A DNA stretch of 64,000 nt from contig NZ_LR882967.1 in the NCBI RefSeq assembly GCF_904830925.1, forward strand, positions 3,618,106-3,682,105, given 5' to 3'. Of this stretch, positions 59,690-64,000 are shown piece by piece. How positions within the stretch are numbered: position 1 is the stretch's first letter; every line of letters begins with the position of its first letter. Source of the stretch: Planktothrix pseudagardhii (GTDB lineage: Bacteria > Cyanobacteriota > Cyanobacteriia > Cyanobacteriales > Microcoleaceae). The position numbers and the translations under genes were made by a program. The notes under the pieces were generated by a model that made no database searches, was not told the DNA's origin, and was given only the letters and a program-made list of their open reading frames with translations.

Positions 59690-60457
59690 ATGACTCAAAA
59701 ACAATGGTACGAATCCCTGTTCGAGAATTACGGAGAAAAATATGATTCTGAGAATTTTACAAAAGGGACAATGGGTGAATGTGATTTCATAGAAAAAGAA
59801 TTAGGATTTAATAAATCCTTAAACATATTAGACGTAGGTTGCGGGACAGGAAGACATACAATTGAACTGACCAAGCGGGGATATTCTGTTACGGGAATTG
59901 ATTTATCCGAATCTCAGCTTAAAAGGGCAAAGGATAAAGCAAAAATTGAAAATTTGATGATTGATTTTCAGCAGCAGGATGCCAGAAATTTGCTATTTAA
60001 TCATGAATTTGATGCCGCGATCATGCTTTGCGAGGGAGGATTTTCCATCATGGAAACTGATGAAATGAACTTTGAAATCCTGAAAAATGTCACCCAATCA
60101 TTAAAGACGAATGCTAAACTTATATTCACAACTTTAAATGGATTGTTCCCCTTATATCATTCGGTTGAGCAATTCTATGAATCAACAACAGAAGCCGGAA
60201 ATTCTACCTGCAAAAGCAATAGTTTTGACTTGATGACCTTCCGGGATCATAACATAACGGAATTTGAAGATGACCTGGGAAACAAGAAATCTCTTGCCTG
60301 TAATGAAAGGTATTATGTGCCGAGTGAAATTACCTGGCTCCTGAAATCTCTGGGTTACAGCAGCATAGATATTTATAGCGCTAAGTTGGGGGCATTTTCC
60401 AGACATGACAGATTAACAACTGAAGATTTTGAGATGCTTGTTATTGCTGAAAAATGA
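59690..60457 (+). CDS. Class I SAM-dependent methyltransferase
   Basis: Motif I is ILDVGCGTGRHTIELTKRGYSVTGIDLS. Confidence 0.7.
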   Translation: MTQKQWYESLFENYGEKYDSENFTKGTMGECDFIEKELGFNKSLNILDVGCGTGRHTIELTKRGYSVTGIDLSESQLKRAKDKAKIENLMIDFQQQDARNLLFNHEFDAAIMLCEGGFSIMETDEMNFEILKNVTQSLKTNAKLIFTTLNGLFPLYHSVEQFYESTTEAGNSTCKSNSFDLMTFRDHNITEFEDDLGNKKSLACNERYYVPSEITWLLKSLGYSSIDIYSAKLGAFSRHDRLTTEDFEMLVIAEK

Positions 60458-60496
60458 TTGTGTAACTTGTCCCAACTCGCTCAATAAGAACTGAAC

Positions 60497-62906
60497 TTAA
60501 CAGGGAAACTCAATGATAAAAGTTGTTAAAGTTTGGTCACTTTCAACTTGAATTGTTCCGCCTAATTGTTCAACTAATTTTTGGACTAATGCTAATCCTA
60601 ACCCGGTTCCTCCTTGCTTCCAGGGGTCTGCATTGGGAACCCGATAAAACTTCTCAAAAATGCGAGGAAGTTCTTTAGCCGGAATTTCTGCTGGGTTACG
60701 AATGACAATTTGTAAGGAGTCGGAAATTGAGGGAGAAGGGAGAGGTTTATCTTGTTTTTTACCTTTGCGTTTGGTTTTAGGGGTTGATATTAATTCCAAC
60801 CAATTTGATAAAGAACGATAATGAATTTCTAGAAAAATTTCTCCCCCATTTGGACTATATTTACAGGCATTATTTAACAGTTCTGCCAAAATCCGCTCTA
60901 AACTATTGGCATTTGTTCTAATGGGTTGTAAATGGGGATAATAAGATACAGTGAGCAACTGCTGGCGTTCTTGAGTGCGGGAATAAAAAGGATTTATAAT
61001 ATTGGGCAACCATTCCAATAAATCTAAACTTTCGAGAGCAATGGGGGTAGAGGAGGATTCCAACCGTTGTAAATCCAATAAATCATTAATTAAATTTGTT
61101 TCTCGCAGACATTCAGATCCTAGGATCTCCAAATACTTTTGACCTCGCTCAGAATTGGGGGCAATTTTTAACATATGAATCGCCATTTTCATATTCGCTA
61201 AAGGAGTCCGCAGTTCATGAGAAACGGTACTCAAAAAATCATCCTTGAGAATATTTAACTGTTGCAATTCTTGAACTTTTTGCTGGAGTTCGGCGGTTCG
61301 ATCTTGAACTTGACGTTCTAAATCAGTATTTAACGCTTGAACTTGTTGATATAATTGAGCTTGTTGAATGGCGATCGCTAATTGAGTGGCAAGCTGTTGT
61401 AATAATAGGGTTTCTGAGGGTTGCCAATGGCGAGAACCTGAACACTGATGGGCTGTAATAATTCCCCACAGTTGCCCATCTTGTAAAATAGGAACCACGA
61501 GATAAGCCGTCACTTCCTGTTGATTTAATTGATTAATTTCTTCAGGACTTAAGGAAGATTTTTGAATATCAGAAACGGCATAAATATTATCATGTTCAAA
61601 GACCGTTAAGTAACATTTAACTGATTCTTTAAAAAGCTGATCATTAGCCAGGGATTTACATCCAATAGCAACGGATTTCAGCCACTAATTTTCCGGTTTG
61701 GTCGGATTCAATATGATAAATAAACACCCGATCAGCTTGTAAAAATTGTCGAACTTCCGCCACTGTTGCATTGAGAATTTCATCTAAATTTAAGGATTGA
61801 TGAATTCTCATGGAAATTTTAGCTAACAGTCTTTCCCGTTGTAACTGTTCATGAATTTTAGAGGTGCGTTCTTGAACTTGTTTTTCCAGTTCCGCATTGC
61901 GACTTTTTAACAGTTCTAATTTTTCCGTTTGCAGTTGATTAATTGATTGCTGTAATTGTTTAACAACCCGATACATTTCCGTCGGATCAAGCATTCTTAA
62001 TAAACTAACTTGTGTAATTATTCCTAATAATTCTCCTTCATCTCCACAAACGACTAACCATTGTGCCTGTTGCTTTTGCATTTCTTGATGAGCCAGCCAT
62101 AAAGAATCATTGGGTTTTAAAGAAAAGGATAAAGTTCCCATTACCGTTGTTGCAGGTGTTAAGGTTAAATCTAATTCTAAAAATTGTGCCTCCACAATAT
62201 CTTGTTCTGTAACTAATCCAACGGGAGTTAATTTTTTTCGAGTTCCCGATTGAAAAATGACAACACAACTGGCTTGATGTGCCGCCATCATTTGAGCTAA
62301 ACTTAATACAGATGTTGTTACCGGAGCCGTCACAACTTGGGTTAACATTTCATCTCCGACTCTTCGCAATCTTAAAATATTAGACGGTTGTAAAACCCGA
62401 CGAATTCGTTCTGGGGTAATCACTCCCACTAACTGCCCTCGACTATCTAAAACCGGTAAATGGAGAATTTGATGTTGTCGAAATAAGGATAAAGCGGTAA
62501 AAATATCTTGATCATCGGATTCAGTTAAACTAACTGTAACCGGAGACATAATTTCAGCGACACGAATTTTATGAAGCGGTGCTTCCTTTAAATTATCTAA
62601 AATTCCCGCCGCAATTAACTGAACAATATCTCGTTCTGTTACAATCCCTAAAAGAGAGGAAAATTGAGGGTGTTCATCAGGAAGAACATGAACAAATTCT
62701 TCTGGATCTTGATGAATCACTAACACACAACTTGCCCTAGAATCTTCTACTGAAGAATGGCTAGGGTTTAACAGACAATGATTTTGAGAGAGTCCCAATA
62801 CCTTGATCACATCGGCTAAAGAAGTTTCGGGCGTAACGATAAATGGATTTCGATCAATGGCTTGTTCTAAGGCTGATGAATACCGCACAGACTGATAAAA
62901 TTCCAT
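60497..62906 (-). pseudogene. CBS-CBS-coiled-coil-GAF-HisKA-HATPase sensor histidine kinase split by a +1 frameshift inside the GAF domain (ORFs 61656..62906 and 60497..61513)
   Basis: The upstream ORF ends ...GKLVAEIRCYWM* inside a GAF domain. The adjacent frame reads ...SVAIGCKSLANDQLFKESVKCYLTVFEHDNIYAVSDIQ...EVTAYLVVPILQDGQLWGIITAHQ... with no break, that is, the rest of the GAF domain followed by HisKA (STVSHELRTPL) and HATPase (GGTGLGLALVQKLVE). Deleting one A from the run at approximately 61676-61678 (GAAATCC to GAATCC) fuses them. Confidence 0.6.
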
Positions 62907-63037
62907 AGTGATACTCTAAAAAAAGTTCGTGGCAAAAGACACGAGGTTTTTAATCTTGAAATGTCAACACAAACTCACTCAGCATTTATCGGAGACTCAT
63001 CGCTAATGAGTTTAACACAATTTCACAATAAATAGTT

Positions 63038-63688
63038 ATGATTTTATCAGTTAATGAACCCAATTTTTGGGAAGAACACTATCAACAGGGAACCCCAGGA
63101 TGGGACTTAGGAGAACCAGCACCCCCCTTTATTGATTTTTTGCAATCTTCTCACACCCTACCACCGGGAAAAACTGCGGTTTTAGGCTGTGGACGGGGTT
63201 ATGAGGCTCTGTTGTTTGCTAGTTATGGATTTGATGTGGTTGGGATTGATTTTGCGCCTTCTGCCATTGAAGAAGCCTTAAAATGGCAACAATTATTGAT
63301 AGCTCAACCGTCTCTTTTAACAGGGTCAGGACAAGATTTACCCACCTCAGCAACATTCTTACAACGGGATATTTTTGAATTATCGGAAGAGTTTTCAGGA
63401 CAATTTGATTATGTGATTGAACATACTTGTTTTTGTGCTATTTCGCCCGAAAAACGAGGAAATTATGTGCAGTTAGTTGAGTCTATTCTTAAACCCAATG
63501 GGCAATTATTGGGGTTGTTTTTTACTCATTCCCGCCCCGGAGGGCCACCCTTTGGGATCATACCTGGGGAAATTCAACAGTATTTTCAAGAGAAATTTCA
63601 CATTCTTGATCTCCATCCCGTGACAAACTCAACCTCTAAGCGTCAAGGTGAAGAACATTGGGGACAGTTTAGGGTCAAAAAAAAATAA
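63038..63688 (+). CDS. TPMT-family (thiopurine/halide S-methyltransferase-like) SAM-dependent methyltransferase
   Basis: The N-terminal WEEHYQQGTPGWDLGEPAP, followed by VLGCGRGYEALLFASYGFDVVGIDFAP, is typical of the TPMT fold. Confidence 0.55.
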   Translation: MILSVNEPNFWEEHYQQGTPGWDLGEPAPPFIDFLQSSHTLPPGKTAVLGCGRGYEALLFASYGFDVVGIDFAPSAIEEALKWQQLLIAQPSLLTGSGQDLPTSATFLQRDIFELSEEFSGQFDYVIEHTCFCAISPEKRGNYVQLVESILKPNGQLLGLFFTHSRPGGPPFGIIPGEIQQYFQEKFHILDLHPVTNSTSKRQGEEHWGQFRVKKK

Positions 63689-63840
63689 GAGAAATTTAGG
63701 GGTTTTAGGCTAAAGTTGATCTGTCTAACTCCCCTTGATAGAGGAATTCAGAATCCAGTTACCTTTAGGGGACTTTGTGTTCTGCAAATTTTAGTCTGCC
63801 TTATTATAATAAATAAAGATTAAATTGAACCTGATTTACG

Positions 63841-64000
63841 AATGAGTCAACCGTTGAACTTAGAAAATATTTCAAATCAGTTAGAGAGCGACAACTTACG
63901 CGATCGCTTATTGGCGTTAGTTTCTTTGCGGGGAGTTCCCCCAGAAGATGCTGTTCCTTTGATTAAAAAAGTTCTTAATGATCCCAGTTTACAAGTCCGG
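63841..64000 (+). CDS. HEAT/PBS-lyase-like repeat protein, 5' part only (runs off the window end)
   Basis: ...LRDRLLALVSLRGVPPEDAVPLIKKVLNDPSLQV matches the HEAT-like repeat pattern. The ORF is open to the window edge. Confidence 0.4.

Overview
This is a 64-kb AT-rich chromosomal segment, very likely from a filamentous cyanobacterium. The HIP1 octamer GCGATCGC recurs at least 18 times, and the DnaK3/DnaJ3-type chaperone pair, cyanase, DUF1997 and Uma2-like genes are typical of that group.

The segment splits into four parts:
- **1-14.4 kb:** a cell-envelope glycan-modification cluster. It holds a GtrA/GtrB/GtrC-like trio, a sulfotransferase, a GT4 glycosyltransferase, an acyltransferase-3, an MsbA-like ABC exporter and a methyltransferase. 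A folate-biopterin transporter gene here is cleanly split by a 1.65-kb IS5/IS1182-like element with visible terminal inverted repeats and a target-site duplication.
- **14.4-36.9 kb:** an accessory block bracketed by two 100%-identical, same-orientation copies of an approximately 1.19-kb IS630-family element (TA target duplications). Inside are a second IS (DDE_Tnp_4 type) sitting in an EamA-transporter remnant, a DegT aminotransferase pair, an AEC transporter, a VanY-type carboxypeptidase coupled to an FtsH-like HEAGH peptidase-domain protein, an LRR protein, a PadR regulator and a GAF histidine kinase.
- **26.9-35.5 kb (within that block):** the most unusual content, a six-gene co-directional module. 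It encodes two small 2-TM proteins (the first SLATT-like), a vWA-TM-FHA-like protein, a 1075-aa tubulin/FtsZ-superfamily GTPase with tubulin signature GGTGSG and a C-terminal SHOCT-like motif, a MotA/ExbB/TolQ-type proton-channel protein with a long coiled-coil tail (ZorA-like architecture), and a MotB/OmpA-like partner. This is a candidate uncharacterised membrane-associated system (FtsZl1-like / Zorya-like hybrid), possibly an anti-phage or membrane-remodelling system.
- **36.9-64 kb:** mostly housekeeping and metabolic genes (OtnK-like sugar-acid kinase, heme-oxygenase-like diiron enzyme plus NPPY methyltransferase, DnaJ/DnaK, CobW, HupE/UreJ, cyanase, prephenate dehydratase, LD-carboxypeptidase, HAD hydrolase, PTPS/QueD, methyltransferases). 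This part also has two decayed signalling genes: a PAS-EAL remnant with an internal deletion, and a CBS-GAF histidine kinase split by a single-base frameshift.

I found no rRNA, tRNA or CRISPR arrays.
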